Shown: positions 9,562-22,159, counted from the first letter of the stretch. The stretch: DNA of 64,000 nucleotides from Verrucomicrobiota bacterium (GCA_049510745.1 JBEKYR010000002.1:160001-224000); one strand, 5' to 3'. The notes: generated by a model not told the origin, from the letters alone. A program made the numbers and translations.

Positions 9562-11108
9562 AAACGTTTCCCCTCCTCACTCTTCTGACTCTGATCCCGC
9601 TGATCGGCGGCGCGGCGACGTTGCTGGCATCCAGTCAATCAAAGCTCGCCCGGCGCGTCGCCTTCCTCACCAGCCTGCTGGCGCTGGCCGTGGCGGCGCT
9701 GCTGTGGGCCGCGTTTGACACCGGCCGCGCCGGCTGGCAATTCGTCGAGCGTTTCGCCTGGGTGCCGTCGCTGGGCATCGATTACCACCTGGGCATCGAT
9801 GGATTGGGGCTTTTGATGGTGCTGCTGTCGGCGTTGCTCGTTCCGTTTGCCATGCTCGCTTCGTGGAACATCGGGCAGAATCCGAAACTTTATTTCGCGC
9901 TGATTCTGTTTTTGGAAGCCGGCTTGTTCGGCACGTTCACTGCGCTGAACTTTTTCCATTGGTTCATCTATTGGGAACTGGGCCTGATTCCGGCGTATTT
10001 CCTGATCAAAATCTGGGGCGGCCCCCGCCGCACGCGGGCGGCGAACCAATTCTTCATTTACACGCTGGCCGGCAGCGTGGCGATGCTCCTGGCGTTCCTG
10101 GCCCTTTACGCCGCGACGGGACTGTTCGACTTCGGACAACTGGCCGAACTGGCCCGCAACGGCGGCCTCGACAACGCGCTGTTCGCCAAGCTGGGCGGTT
10201 CCTTTTTCAAGTCCAGGGAAACGCTGGCCACGGTCATTTTTCTGGGCGTGTTCCTCGGGTTTGCGGTGAAGGCGCCGCTCATGCCTTTCCATACCTGGCT
10301 GCCCTCCGCTTACGCCGAAGCGCCCACCGGCACGGCCATGCTGCTGACGGGTGCGATGTCGAAAATGGGCGTCTATGGATTCCTGCGCATTTTGCTGCCG
10401 CTGTTTCCGGCGCAAATGCGCGCCCTGCAAACGCCTCTGCTCTGTCTGGCGGTGGCCACGATTGTTTTTTCGGCGGCGGCGGCCCTGGCCCAGCGCGATT
10501 TGAAACGGATGGTGGCTTATTCCTCGATCAATCACGTCGGTTACTGCCTCCTGGGAATTTTTGCCGCGGTGCAGATCACCGGCACGACCGCTGCCTGGAC
10601 CACTGAAAAGGCCGCCGCCCTCAACGGCGTCATGCTGCAAATGTTCAACCACGGGTTGACGGCCGCGGCGCTGTTTTATTTTGTCGGCCTGATCGAGCAG
10701 CGCAGTGGCGGCCTGCGCGGCCTGGACGATTTTGGCGGCCTGCGCAAAGCAGCGCCGGTTTTTTGCGGGTTGATGGGCATCACTTTGTTCGCCTCGCTCG
10801 GTCTGCCCGGCCTGAATGGATTTGTCAGCGAGTTTCTGATCTTCAAAGGTTCCCTGCCGCTGGTGGGGTGGGCGGCGGCGGTCTCGACCCTCGGTTTGCT
10901 GATCACGGCGATTTTTCTGCTCGCCATTTTGCAGCGCGTGTTCAGCGGGCCTTTGCAGAATCGCTGGGCCGGCTGGAAGGACCTGACGACCGGTGAACGG
11001 CTCACGGTGGCGCCGGTCATCGCGCTGATGCTTTTGCTCGGAATATGCCCGCAAATTCTTATCAGCGTGGCCAACCCGGCCGCTCTGGCGATCTTGAAAC
11101 TCTTTTGA
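9558..11108 (+). CDS. nuoM: NADH-quinone oxidoreductase subunit M, copy 1
   Basis: FIYWE..LIP.YFLI..WG, KAPLMPFHTWLP, AYSSINHVG, LPGLNGFVSE; ATGA overlap with nuoL. Confidence 0.93.
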   Translation: MKTFPLLTLLTLIPLIGGAATLLASSQSKLARRVAFLTSLLALAVAALLWAAFDTGRAGWQFVERFAWVPSLGIDYHLGIDGLGLLMVLLSALLVPFAMLASWNIGQNPKLYFALILFLEAGLFGTFTALNFFHWFIYWELGLIPAYFLIKIWGGPRRTRAANQFFIYTLAGSVAMLLAFLALYAATGLFDFGQLAELARNGGLDNALFAKLGGSFFKSRETLATVIFLGVFLGFAVKAPLMPFHTWLPSAYAEAPTGTAMLLTGAMSKMGVYGFLRILLPLFPAQMRALQTPLLCLAVATIVFSAAAALAQRDLKRMVAYSSINHVGYCLLGIFAAVQITGTTAAWTTEKAAALNGVMLQMFNHGLTAAALFYFVGLIEQRSGGLRGLDDFGGLRKAAPVFCGLMGITLFASLGLPGLNGFVSEFLIFKGSLPLVGWAAAVSTLGLLITAIFLLAILQRVFSGPLQNRWAGWKDLTTGERLTVAPVIALMLLLGICPQILISVANPAALAILKLF

Positions 11109-11111
11109 GTT

Positions 11112-12599
11112 ATGCTGGCCTGGACCATTTACATTTCATTTTTGGGCGCGGCGGCGCTGGCGCTTCTGCCGCCGGAGAGCCGGCGCGCGGCGCGGATCAC
11201 GGCGCTGCTGACGGCTTTGGCGGGGCTGGCCGTCGCGCTGGGCGGCGCGGCGCAGTACGAGCGCCAGACCCCGTCCGGCGCGCTGGTGGACCTGGCCAAT
11301 GTTTCGTGGATTGCGGACCTGGGCATCCGCTATCACCTGGCGGCGGACGGCGTGAGCATCACGCTGGTGTTGCTGACCGGCATTGCGGCGGTCGCGGGCG
11401 TGTTGTTTTCGTGGAACATCGAGCGCCGCGTCCGGGAGTTTTTCGCGCTCTATCTGGCGCTCATCGGCGGCGTCTATGGAGTGTTTCTGAGCTTCGATCT
11501 GTTTCTCCTGTTCGTCTTTTACGAAATCGCCATCATCCCGAAATACTTCCTCATTGCCGTCTGGGGATCGACCCGGCGCGAATACGGCGCGATGAAACTG
11601 GCGCTCTATTCGTTGGTGGGCAGCGCGATGGTGTTGATCGGCTTGATCGCCGCCTACGTCGTCTCCGGGGCGCAGACGTTCGATTTGATCGAACTGGCGA
11701 AATTTCCGTTCCCGGTCGCGTTTCAAAACTGGGCTTTCCTGCTGGTGTTTGTTGGCTTTGCGATCCTGGCTGGTCTTTGGCCGTTCCACACTTGGGCGCC
11801 GACCGGCCACGTCGCCGCGCCCACCGCCGCCTCCATGTTGCTGGCCGGGGTGGTGATGAAACTGGGCGCTTACGGCGCGTTGCGCGTGGCCATGACGCTT
11901 TTCCCGGACGGACTGCGCACCTGGCAAAATGAGATCGCCCTGCTGGCTGTCATCGGCATCGTCTATGGCGCCACGGTCGCGCTGGTGCAACGGGACATCA
12001 AATTCGTCATCGGCTATTCCAGCGTCAGCCACATGGGCTTTGTCTTGCTCGGCCTGATGACCCTTTCTCAAATCGGCCTGAGCGGCGCCGTGCTGCAAAT
12101 GTTTTCCCACGGCATTATCGCCGGACTTCTCTTTGCGGTGGTGGGGCGGATGATTTACGACCGCACCCATACCCGTGAACTGAGCGAACTTCAGCCGATG
12201 AATCTCAGCGTGCTGGCGCCCTTTGCGGCGGTCACCTTTGTGGTCGCGGGCGCCGCGTCCATGGGTCTGCCCGGTTTCAGCGGGTTTATCGCTGAATTGC
12301 AGGTGCTCACGGGCGCCTGGCAGGTCTTTCCGCGCCTGACTATTCTCGCCGGCGTCGGAATTCTTGTCGGCATCGCCTTCATCGTGCGCGTCTGGATCAA
12401 GGCTTTTTTTGCGGAGAACGACACGCAAGCCGCCGCCATCCAGATCGAACCCATTTCCATTCCCGAACGGGCTGGCGCGTATGTGCTGCTGGCAACCACC
12501 GTCCTCATCGGCCTTTGGCCCGGTTTGCTCCTGGATTTGATTACGCCGACGCTCCAATCGCCCCTGTTCCAACCGCTCTGGAAAGGAGGCCCGCCATGA
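11112..12599 (+). CDS. nuoM: NADH-quinone oxidoreductase subunit M, copy 2
   Basis: FVFYE..IIPKYFLI..WG, PFHTWAP.GH, YSSVSHMG, GLPGFSGFIAE. Confidence 0.92.
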   Translation: MLAWTIYISFLGAAALALLPPESRRAARITALLTALAGLAVALGGAAQYERQTPSGALVDLANVSWIADLGIRYHLAADGVSITLVLLTGIAAVAGVLFSWNIERRVREFFALYLALIGGVYGVFLSFDLFLLFVFYEIAIIPKYFLIAVWGSTRREYGAMKLALYSLVGSAMVLIGLIAAYVVSGAQTFDLIELAKFPFPVAFQNWAFLLVFVGFAILAGLWPFHTWAPTGHVAAPTAASMLLAGVVMKLGAYGALRVAMTLFPDGLRTWQNEIALLAVIGIVYGATVALVQRDIKFVIGYSSVSHMGFVLLGLMTLSQIGLSGAVLQMFSHGIIAGLLFAVVGRMIYDRTHTRELSELQPMNLSVLAPFAAVTFVVAGAASMGLPGFSGFIAELQVLTGAWQVFPRLTILAGVGILVGIAFIVRVWIKAFFAENDTQAAAIQIEPISIPERAGAYVLLATTVLIGLWPGLLLDLITPTLQSPLFQPLWKGGPP

Positions 12600-14083
12600 A
12601 CCCGTCTTTGGACTGGATGATTCCGCTGATTCCCGAAGAAATCATCATCGGGTTCGCGCTGGCAGTGCTGGCGCTGGATTTTGCCATCGTGCGGCGGAAA
12701 AATCTGGCCGTCCGCGCGGCAGTGATTGGCACGACGGCTTGTTTGGGTTGCGTGGCGGCCATGATCTGGATCGCGCGCGGGCCGGATGCCGGGGCGGCCG
12801 AAATGCTGGCGCTGACTCCGCTCACCCAGTTTTTAAAATTGGTGCTGCTCGCCTTGACCCTGGTGGTCGCGCTGCTGTCGTTTGGCGCGCGTTTTTCGCG
12901 GCACGTCGGCGAGTATTTTGCGCTGCTGCTCATGGCCACCGCCGGTTTGATGCTGCTCATCAGTTCGGAAAATCTTTTGATGATTTTTATCGCGCTCGAA
13001 CTGCTCAGCGTCCCGCTTTATGTCCTGACGGCCTTTAACAAGAGCAGTCCGGCGTCGGCCGAGGCGGCCCTGAAATACTTTCTCTTCGGCAGCGTGGCGG
13101 CGGCGTTCACGCTCTTTGGCATCAGCCTCCTCTATGGGCTGGCCGGCGATCTGCAACTCGCATCGCTGGCCGAAAAACTGAGAACTCAGCCGGTCGAGCC
13201 GGTTTGTTATGCCGCCCTGGTCATGACTCTGACCGGCTTCGCCTTCAAAGTGGCGGCGGCGCCGTTTCATTTCTGGGCGCCGGATGTCTATCAGGGCGCG
13301 CCGGCGCCGATCGCCTGTTTCATCGCTTCCGGCTCAAAGGTGGCCAGCTTCTTTGTCCTGGCACGAATCATCGTCGAGGGCTTTGGCCCGTGGCACGGCA
13401 GCGCCGTCTGGGAAGGGTTTCGGGCGGGATGGATGCCGCTGCTGGCGGTGTTGGCGGTGTTCTCGATGGTCGCGGGCAACATGGCCGCGCTCGTGCAGAC
13501 CAGCGTGAAACGGTTGCTCGCCTATTCGGCCATCGCCCACGCGGGCTATGCGTTGCTGGCCTTTTTTGGCAACGCGCAGCAGATGCTGCCGGCGCTCTTC
13601 TTTTATGTCATCACTTACGCGCTGACCGTGCTGGGAGCGTTTGCGGTGGTGGCGGCGGTTGAAAACAGCGGCAGCCGCGATCGGCTGGCCGATTGGGCCG
13701 GGCTGGGCCGGCGCGCGCCTCTGCTCTCCGCGTGCATGTTTGTCTTCATGCTCTCGCTGGCGGGCATTCCGCCGCTCTCCGGTTTCTTCGGCAAGTTCTA
13801 TCTCTTCACGGCGGCGGCGGCGGGCCAGCCTCATTTGGGCATGCTGTGGCTGGTCATCGTGGCGGTGGGCGCCAGCGCGGTTTCGCTCTATTACTATCTG
13901 CAAGTGCTCAAGCAGATTTACGCCGCCGAACCTCCCGCCGGCTCCAAACCCTTTTGCCCGCCCTATGCCGCGCTGCTGCCCATCGCGCTGCTGGCCGGCC
14001 TCGTCATCGCCTTTGGTTGCGCGCCCGGCTGGTTGCTGGGACAACTTTCCATGGTCCTGAACTCTTCCGCTTTCCGATTATGA
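12596..14083 (+). CDS. nuoN: NADH-quinone oxidoreductase subunit N
   Basis: EAALKYF, FKVAAAPFHFWAPDVYQGAP, KRLLAYSAIAHAGY, SLAGIPP..GFFGKF. Confidence 0.95.
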   Translation: MNPSLDWMIPLIPEEIIIGFALAVLALDFAIVRRKNLAVRAAVIGTTACLGCVAAMIWIARGPDAGAAEMLALTPLTQFLKLVLLALTLVVALLSFGARFSRHVGEYFALLLMATAGLMLLISSENLLMIFIALELLSVPLYVLTAFNKSSPASAEAALKYFLFGSVAAAFTLFGISLLYGLAGDLQLASLAEKLRTQPVEPVCYAALVMTLTGFAFKVAAAPFHFWAPDVYQGAPAPIACFIASGSKVASFFVLARIIVEGFGPWHGSAVWEGFRAGWMPLLAVLAVFSMVAGNMAALVQTSVKRLLAYSAIAHAGYALLAFFGNAQQMLPALFFYVITYALTVLGAFAVVAAVENSGSRDRLADWAGLGRRAPLLSACMFVFMLSLAGIPPLSGFFGKFYLFTAAAAGQPHLGMLWLVIVAVGASAVSLYYYLQVLKQIYAAEPPAGSKPFCPPYAALLPIALLAGLVIAFGCAPGWLLGQLSMVLNSSAFRL

Positions 14084-17000
14084 ATGCATCTCCCAAAATC
14101 CAAAGCCCGCCCGCCGCTCCCTTCGTCACGCTGGACGGGAACGAGGCCGCCGCTTCCGTCGCTTACCGCCTGACCGAAACGATCGCCATCTACCCGATTA
14201 CGCCCTCCTCGCCCATGGCCGAATGGTGCGACCAATGGTCGGCGGCGGGCCGGCCTAATTTATACGGCACTGTGCCCCGCCTGGTCGAAATGCAGTCGGA
14301 AGCCGGGGCCGCCGGCGCCCTGCACGGGATGGTGCAAGTCGGCTCGTTGAGCACAACCTTCACCGCCTCGCAGGGCCTGCTGCTGATGATCCCCAGCATG
14401 TACAAAATCGCCGGCGAACTTCTTCCCTTCTGCATGCACGTGACCGCCCGCACCCTGGCCACGCACGCCCTCTCCATTTTTGGCGATCATTCCGATGTCA
14501 TGGCGTGCCGGCAAACCGGCTTTGCCCTGCTTTCCTCCGGTTCGGTGCAGGAGGCGCAGGATTTGGCCTGCATCGGCCATGCCGCCACGCTCGAATCGCG
14601 GGTGCCGTTCCTGCATTTCTTTGACGGTTTCCGCACCTCGCACGAAGTGGCCAAGATTCGCTTGCTGACCGACGACCAATTGCGCCAGATGATGGACCAG
14701 TACGACCTGTGCCTCCAGGCCTTCCGTCATCACGGCCTGTCTCCGGACCGGCCCTGCATTCGCGGCACGGCCCAGAACCCCGACGTTTTCTTTCAGGCGC
14801 GGGAAGCGTGCAATCCTTTTTATGACCGCACGCCCGGCATCGTCCAGGAGGCCATGAACCGCTTCGCCGGGATCACCGGGCGCCAATACCGGTTGTTTGA
14901 TTACGCCGGCCATCCCCAGGCCGAGTGCGTGCTGGTCATCATGGGTTCGGGCGGCGAAACCGCGCAACAAACGGCCGAGTGGCTCCATCAGGGCGGCGAA
15001 AAAACCGGAGTGTTGAGAGTGCGCCTCTATCGGCCATTCTCGATTGAAGCCTTTGTCGGCGCGCTGCCTCCGACCACGCGCCGCCTGGCTGTGCTCGACC
15101 GCACCAAGGAACCGGGCGCGGTCGGGGAACCGCTTTATGTCGATACCGTGGCGGCCTTGCGCGAAGCTTGCGACAGAGGGCTGGCGTCCTTTGACGCCGA
15201 ACCGGCCGTGGTGGGCGGGCGTTACGGCCTCTCTTCCAAGGAATTCACGCCGGCGATGGTCAAATCTATTTTCGATGAACTCCGGCAAAAGCGCGCGCCG
15301 AAGAATCATTTTACGACCGGCATTGTCGATGATGTCACCCACACGTCGCTGCCCTTTGACGCGGAGTTTGACATCGAGCCGCCAGAGGTGGTGCGGGCGG
15401 TCTTTTTCGGACTGGGCGCGGACGGCACCATCGGCGCCAACAAGAACTCCATCAAGATCATCGGCGAGGAAACCGACCTCCATGCGCAGGGTTATTTCGT
15501 CTATGACTCCAAAAAAGCCGGCGCCGTCACCATCTCGCATCTGCGCTTCGGGCCGCATCCCATCCATTCCCCCTATCTGCTCAAGGAGGCGGACTTTGTC
15601 GCCTGCCATCAATGGCCGTTTTTGGACCGTTACAACGTGCTCGATTACGCGAAGGAGGGCGCGACGCTGCTGCTCAATTCGCCGCACGGCCCGGAGTCTG
15701 TCTGGAACCATTTTTCCGTCGAGATTCAGCGGGAAATCATCGCCAAGAAACTCAAATGCTACGTGATCGACGCCTACCCGGTGGCCAAGGCCGCCGGCAT
15801 GGGCGGGCGCATCAATACGATCATGCAGACGTGCTTCTTCGCCATTTCCAACGTGCTCTCGCGCGCCGAGGCGATTGAGCAGATCAAGAAGGCGATCCGC
15901 AAAACTTACGCCCGCAAAGGCGAGGCGGTCGTGGCCCAAAACTTCGCGGCGGTGGACCAAACCCTGGCCGCCTTGCACGAGGTCGTCATTCCCGAAGCCG
16001 TTTCCGCCGAACGCCATCAGGCGCCGATGGTTCCGGCGGAGGCGCCTGATTTTGTGCGGCGGATCACCGCGCTCATGCTGGCCAACAAGGGCGATTTGCT
16101 GCCCGTCAGCGCGTTTCCGGTGGATGGCACGTGGCCTTCCGGGACCACGCGCTGGGAAAAACGGGCCATTGCGCTGGAAATTCCCGAATGGGACCCGGCC
16201 ATTTGCATTCAGTGCAACAAATGCGTCCTGGTTTGCCCGCACGCCGCCATCCGGGCCAAGTTTTATCCCGCCGGCCTGGCCGCCAACGCCCCGGCCCATT
16301 TCAAATCCACCGCCTTTCGCTCGCAGGAATGGAAGGACTCCAAATACACGCTGCAAGTGGCGCCGGAAGATTGCACCGGCTGCACGCTGTGCGTGGCGGT
16401 TTGCCCGGTGAAATCAAAAACCGACCCGAAACAAAGAGCGATCAACATGCGGCCGATGCCCCCGTTGCGCGACCAGGAGGTTGTCAACTATGAATTCTTC
16501 CTCAAGCTGCCTTCCCCCGACCGCGCGCGCCTGGCGCTGGACGTCAAAGGGACGCAATTCCGGGAGCCGCTCTTCGAGTATTCGGGGGCGTGTTCGGGCT
16601 GCGGCGAAACGCCCTATCTCAAACTGCTCACCCAGATGTCGGGCGACCGGCTGATCGTGGCCAACGCCACCGGCTGCTCCTCCATTTACGGCGGCAACCT
16701 GCCGACGACTCCTTACACCGTCAACAGCGCCCATCGCGGCCCGGCTTGGTCCAATTCGCTCTTCGAGGACAACGCCGAGTATGGTTTTGGCCACCGGGTG
16801 GCGCTGGACAAACAAACTGAATTCGCCCGCGAACTGGCGCGGAAACTGGCGCCGCAACTGGGCGGGGAACTGGTCGATGAATTGCTCGGCGCCAAACAAG
16901 ATGACGAAGCGCAGATCTTCGCGCAACGCGAGCGGGTGTGCGAATTGCGCCGGCGCCTGCAAGGCTTGGACGCGCCGGAAGCCGCCGTCCTGCACGGCCT

Positions 17001-17694
17001 GGCGGACGCGCTGGTCAGCAAATCGGTCTGGATTGTGGGCGGCGACGGCTGGGCCTATGACATCGGTTTCGGCGGCCTGGACCATGTCATCGCCATGAAC
17101 GCGAAGGTCAACATTCTTGTGCTTGACACTGAGGTTTATTCCAACACCGGCGGGCAACAGTCCAAGGCGACGCCCCGGGGGGCGGCCGCCCGGTTCGCCG
17201 TTTCCGGCAAACGCATGGGCCGCAAGGACCTTGGGCTGATGGCCATGACTTACGGCACGGCCTACGTGGCCCAGATCGCGCTCGGCTCGAAGGACTCGCA
17301 AACGGTGAAAGCCTTCGAGGAAGCCGAGTCGTATCCCGGCACCTCGCTCATCATCGCCTACAGTCCGTGCATCGAGCATGGATACGCGCTTGGGCTGAGC
17401 CTGGAGCAGCAGAAACTGGCGGTCGATACCGGCTTCTGGCCGCTCTACCGGTTCGATCCGCGGCGCCTGGCGGCGGGCCAGCCGGGATTGAAACTGGATT
17501 CCGCGGCGCCCAAGATTCCGCTGGAAAAATTCTGGGCGACGGAACGCCGTTTCCAAGCCATCGCCAGCCAGGACCCGGCGCAGAGCAAAGCGATACTTGA
17601 CGCAGCGCAGGACGAGGTCCTGGGCCGGTTCGCCCTTTACGAAAGGATGTCCACCCAGCCGGTGGCGCCGGCCAAGCTTGTGCAGGCGAAGTGA
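14080..17694 (+). CDS. nifJ: Pyruvate:ferredoxin/flavodoxin oxidoreductase (single-chain type, ~1204 aa)
   Basis: YPITP, EMQSE, GLGADG, two CxxCxxCxxxCP clusters, GACSGCGE, GGDGWAYDIG TPP motif; ATG 14080 overlaps the nuoN stop (ATGA). Confidence 0.96.
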   Translation: MNASPKIQSPPAAPFVTLDGNEAAASVAYRLTETIAIYPITPSSPMAEWCDQWSAAGRPNLYGTVPRLVEMQSEAGAAGALHGMVQVGSLSTTFTASQGLLLMIPSMYKIAGELLPFCMHVTARTLATHALSIFGDHSDVMACRQTGFALLSSGSVQEAQDLACIGHAATLESRVPFLHFFDGFRTSHEVAKIRLLTDDQLRQMMDQYDLCLQAFRHHGLSPDRPCIRGTAQNPDVFFQAREACNPFYDRTPGIVQEAMNRFAGITGRQYRLFDYAGHPQAECVLVIMGSGGETAQQTAEWLHQGGEKTGVLRVRLYRPFSIEAFVGALPPTTRRLAVLDRTKEPGAVGEPLYVDTVAALREACDRGLASFDAEPAVVGGRYGLSSKEFTPAMVKSIFDELRQKRAPKNHFTTGIVDDVTHTSLPFDAEFDIEPPEVVRAVFFGLGADGTIGANKNSIKIIGEETDLHAQGYFVYDSKKAGAVTISHLRFGPHPIHSPYLLKEADFVACHQWPFLDRYNVLDYAKEGATLLLNSPHGPESVWNHFSVEIQREIIAKKLKCYVIDAYPVAKAAGMGGRINTIMQTCFFAISNVLSRAEAIEQIKKAIRKTYARKGEAVVAQNFAAVDQTLAALHEVVIPEAVSAERHQAPMVPAEAPDFVRRITALMLANKGDLLPVSAFPVDGTWPSGTTRWEKRAIALEIPEWDPAICIQCNKCVLVCPHAAIRAKFYPAGLAANAPAHFKSTAFRSQEWKDSKYTLQVAPEDCTGCTLCVAVCPVKSKTDPKQRAINMRPMPPLRDQEVVNYEFFLKLPSPDRARLALDVKGTQFREPLFEYSGACSGCGETPYLKLLTQMSGDRLIVANATGCSSIYGGNLPTTPYTVNSAHRGPAWSNSLFEDNAEYGFGHRVALDKQTEFARELARKLAPQLGGELVDELLGAKQDDEAQIFAQRERVCELRRRLQGLDAPEAAVLHGLADALVSKSVWIVGGDGWAYDIGFGGLDHVIAMNAKVNILVLDTEVYSNTGGQQSKATPRGAAARFAVSGKRMGRKDLGLMAMTYGTAYVAQIALGSKDSQTVKAFEEAESYPGTSLIIAYSPCIEHGYALGLSLEQQKLAVDTGFWPLYRFDPRRLAAGQPGLKLDSAAPKIPLEKFWATERRFQAIASQDPAQSKAILDAAQDEVLGRFALYERMSTQPVAPAKLVQAK

Positions 17695-17765
17695 TGCCGC
17701 GGCAATCCGCAAGGCCGCGGTCGAACGGGGGAATGACGAGTGACGAAATCCTCTGACGAAGGAAT

Positions 17766-17819
17766 TCTATCCGGCACCCCACCGCACGTCAACTTAATTG
17801 TTGAATGTATGAAGTTGAC
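17766..17819. repeat. Dispersed 54-bp repeat containing one REP-like arm (copy of 22837-22890)
   Basis: TCTATCCGGCACCCCACCGCACGTCAACTTAATTGTTGAATGTATGAAGTTGAC matches 22837-22890 with 3 mismatches. Confidence 0.9.
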
Positions 17820-17845
17820 GAACTGGCCTTATCTTCATGAACACG

Positions 17846-17895
17846 ACGGATTTCACGGATTTCACGGATGGAAACCCCGTCGCTTCTTATCCGTG
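17846..17895. repeat. Short tandem repeat ACGGATTTC x2.7 with an inverted copy (ATCCGTG)
   Basis: Read directly: acggatttc acggatttc acggat ... atccgtg. Confidence 0.6.
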
Positions 17896-18005
17896 CAAAC
17901 CAAATCAATGCAGGGGGGATGCCGCCGGAATCGCCGGTGCCCGCCCGGGTTCGCTTGCAATTGGAAGGCCCCGGCGTATGCTGGCCCGGCGCACCAGCGC
18001 GCCTC

Positions 18006-18905
18006 ATGTTGAATATCAGTCATCGCCTGGCCGGGCGCGGCGGCGCCTTCGCCGCCCTCTCCGCCGCTCTCCTCATGGCCGCGCTCTTGCTCTCGGCCCA
18101 GGCGCAGTGGGGCGGAGGGCGGGGCGGACCCTATGGCCGCGCCTATATGATTCGCGACCCGCAACGGCTGCGCGAGCAGGACGAGATGCAGAAGGCGCTC
18201 AATCCGGCGTTCAAAGAGGATGTCTTCACCTTTGCCCGCCTCAAATTCCAGGCTGACCGCGGCTACCGCTTCGGCGGACGGCGCACATGGGACGACGACG
18301 CGCCGGAGGCGGACCTGAACCTCATTTACCGGCTCTACGAAGTGACCAGCTTGAAAGTGCGGCCGGGGTTGAATTTCATCGACATCACGCCCAAGGACCT
18401 GGCCAAGTATCCGTTCGTCTATCTGGCGGCGGCGGGCCGGTTGCTGCTGACGGACGACGAGGCGGCGGCCTTGCGGCATTACCTCTTGAACGGCGGGTTC
18501 TTGATGGCGGACGATTTTTGGGGCGATGATCAATGGCAGCACTTTTATGACCAGATGAAGCGGGTCTTCCCGGAGCGCGAACCGGTGGAACTGACGCTGG
18601 CGCACCCGATCTTCCACACCGTGTTCAATTTCCGCCAGCAACCCCAGATACCGAGTGTGGGGACCTTTCTGCGGGACGGCCTGCCGTACGACCCGGAATG
18701 GCCGTTCGTGGAAAAGAACCACGACCCGCACTACTACGCCATTTCCGATGACAAGCAGCGCATGATGGTGTTGATTTGCCACAACAACCACTACGGCGAC
18801 GGCTGGGAGCACGAGACGGATGACGAAACTTATTTTGACCGGTTTTCCGAGCCGATGGGGTACCCGATGCTCATCAACATCCTGGTTTATGCGACGGCGC
18901 ATTAG
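18006..18905 (+). CDS. DUF4159-domain secreted protein
   Basis: FTFARLKF, W..DAP.AD.N, YPFVY, LR.YLLNGGFLMADDFWG, HPIFH; signal-peptide-like N-terminus; start uncertain. Confidence 0.8.
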   Translation: MLNISHRLAGRGGAFAALSAALLMAALLLSAQAQWGGGRGGPYGRAYMIRDPQRLREQDEMQKALNPAFKEDVFTFARLKFQADRGYRFGGRRTWDDDAPEADLNLIYRLYEVTSLKVRPGLNFIDITPKDLAKYPFVYLAAAGRLLLTDDEAAALRHYLLNGGFLMADDFWGDDQWQHFYDQMKRVFPEREPVELTLAHPIFHTVFNFRQQPQIPSVGTFLRDGLPYDPEWPFVEKNHDPHYYAISDDKQRMMVLICHNNHYGDGWEHETDDETYFDRFSEPMGYPMLINILVYATAH

Positions 18906-19116
18906 CCGAACCCCGGCGGGCGGCGGAATACGCGCCATTTATCGCTTGAAAATGCAGGCGGCCAAGGCACAATCCTTCCGTCCATGGAAGGCGCCGCAAA
19001 GGCGCCGGGGCGCAAAGCGCGGCCGACGAAGGGTTTTGACGCTGTTTGCCTCCGGCGATTTCTCTCGCGGGCCTATATCCGTGACAACCGGCAGACAACA
19101 ATAAAACAACACGTTA

Positions 19117-21530
<2,414 letters not shown>

Positions 21531-21571
21531 TTCAGACTTTGAACCTTGAACCTTTAACCTTAAACTAAGCT

Positions 21572-22132
21572 ATGAACCTCGACGACATTCTCCTGGAAGC
21601 GGAAGAAAAAATGACCAAGACCGAACAGGTCGTGCAGCACGAATTTGTCGGCCTGCGCACCGGCCGCGCCGCGCCGGGACTGGTGGAGAACATCATGGTG
21701 GAAGTCTATGGCTCGCACATGCGCATCCGCGAATTGGCCGGCATCACCACGCCCGAGCCGCGCGTGCTGGTCATCCAGCCCTGGGACGTGAGCACCGTGC
21801 ATCCCATCGAGAAGGGCATCCTCAAGAGCAGTCTCGGCGTGACGCCGTCCATCCAGGGAAAGATCATCCGCCTGGTCATGCCGGAATTGAGCGAGGAACG
21901 CCGCCACGAAATGGTCAAAATCGCCCACAAGATGACCGAGGACGGCCGCATCGCCATCCGCCACGTCCGCCGCGACGCCATCGAGGCGATCAAGAAGGAA
22001 ACCAAAGGCGGCGGCATCGCCAAGGACCAGGAGGACGTGGCGGAGAAGGAAGTTCAGAAACTGACCGACGAATACATCGCCAAACTGGACGGCCACCTGG
22101 CCGTCAAGGAAAAAGAAATCATGACTGTCTGA
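21572..22132 (+). CDS. frr: Ribosome recycling factor
   Basis: LRTGRA, IQPWD, PELSEERR, KEKEIM; follows pyrH. Confidence 0.97.
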   Translation: MNLDDILLEAEEKMTKTEQVVQHEFVGLRTGRAAPGLVENIMVEVYGSHMRIRELAGITTPEPRVLVIQPWDVSTVHPIEKGILKSSLGVTPSIQGKIIRLVMPELSEERRHEMVKIAHKMTEDGRIAIRHVRRDAIEAIKKETKGGGIAKDQEDVAEKEVQKLTDEYIAKLDGHLAVKEKEIMTV

Positions 22133-22159
22133 GGCGGTGAGGTTTGGGGCGGCGGGCGG

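Noticed and set aside
13693..14079. 129-aa N-terminal extension of PFOR in the ORF track
   Set aside because: It overlaps nuoN in another frame; PFOR similarity begins after ATG 14080
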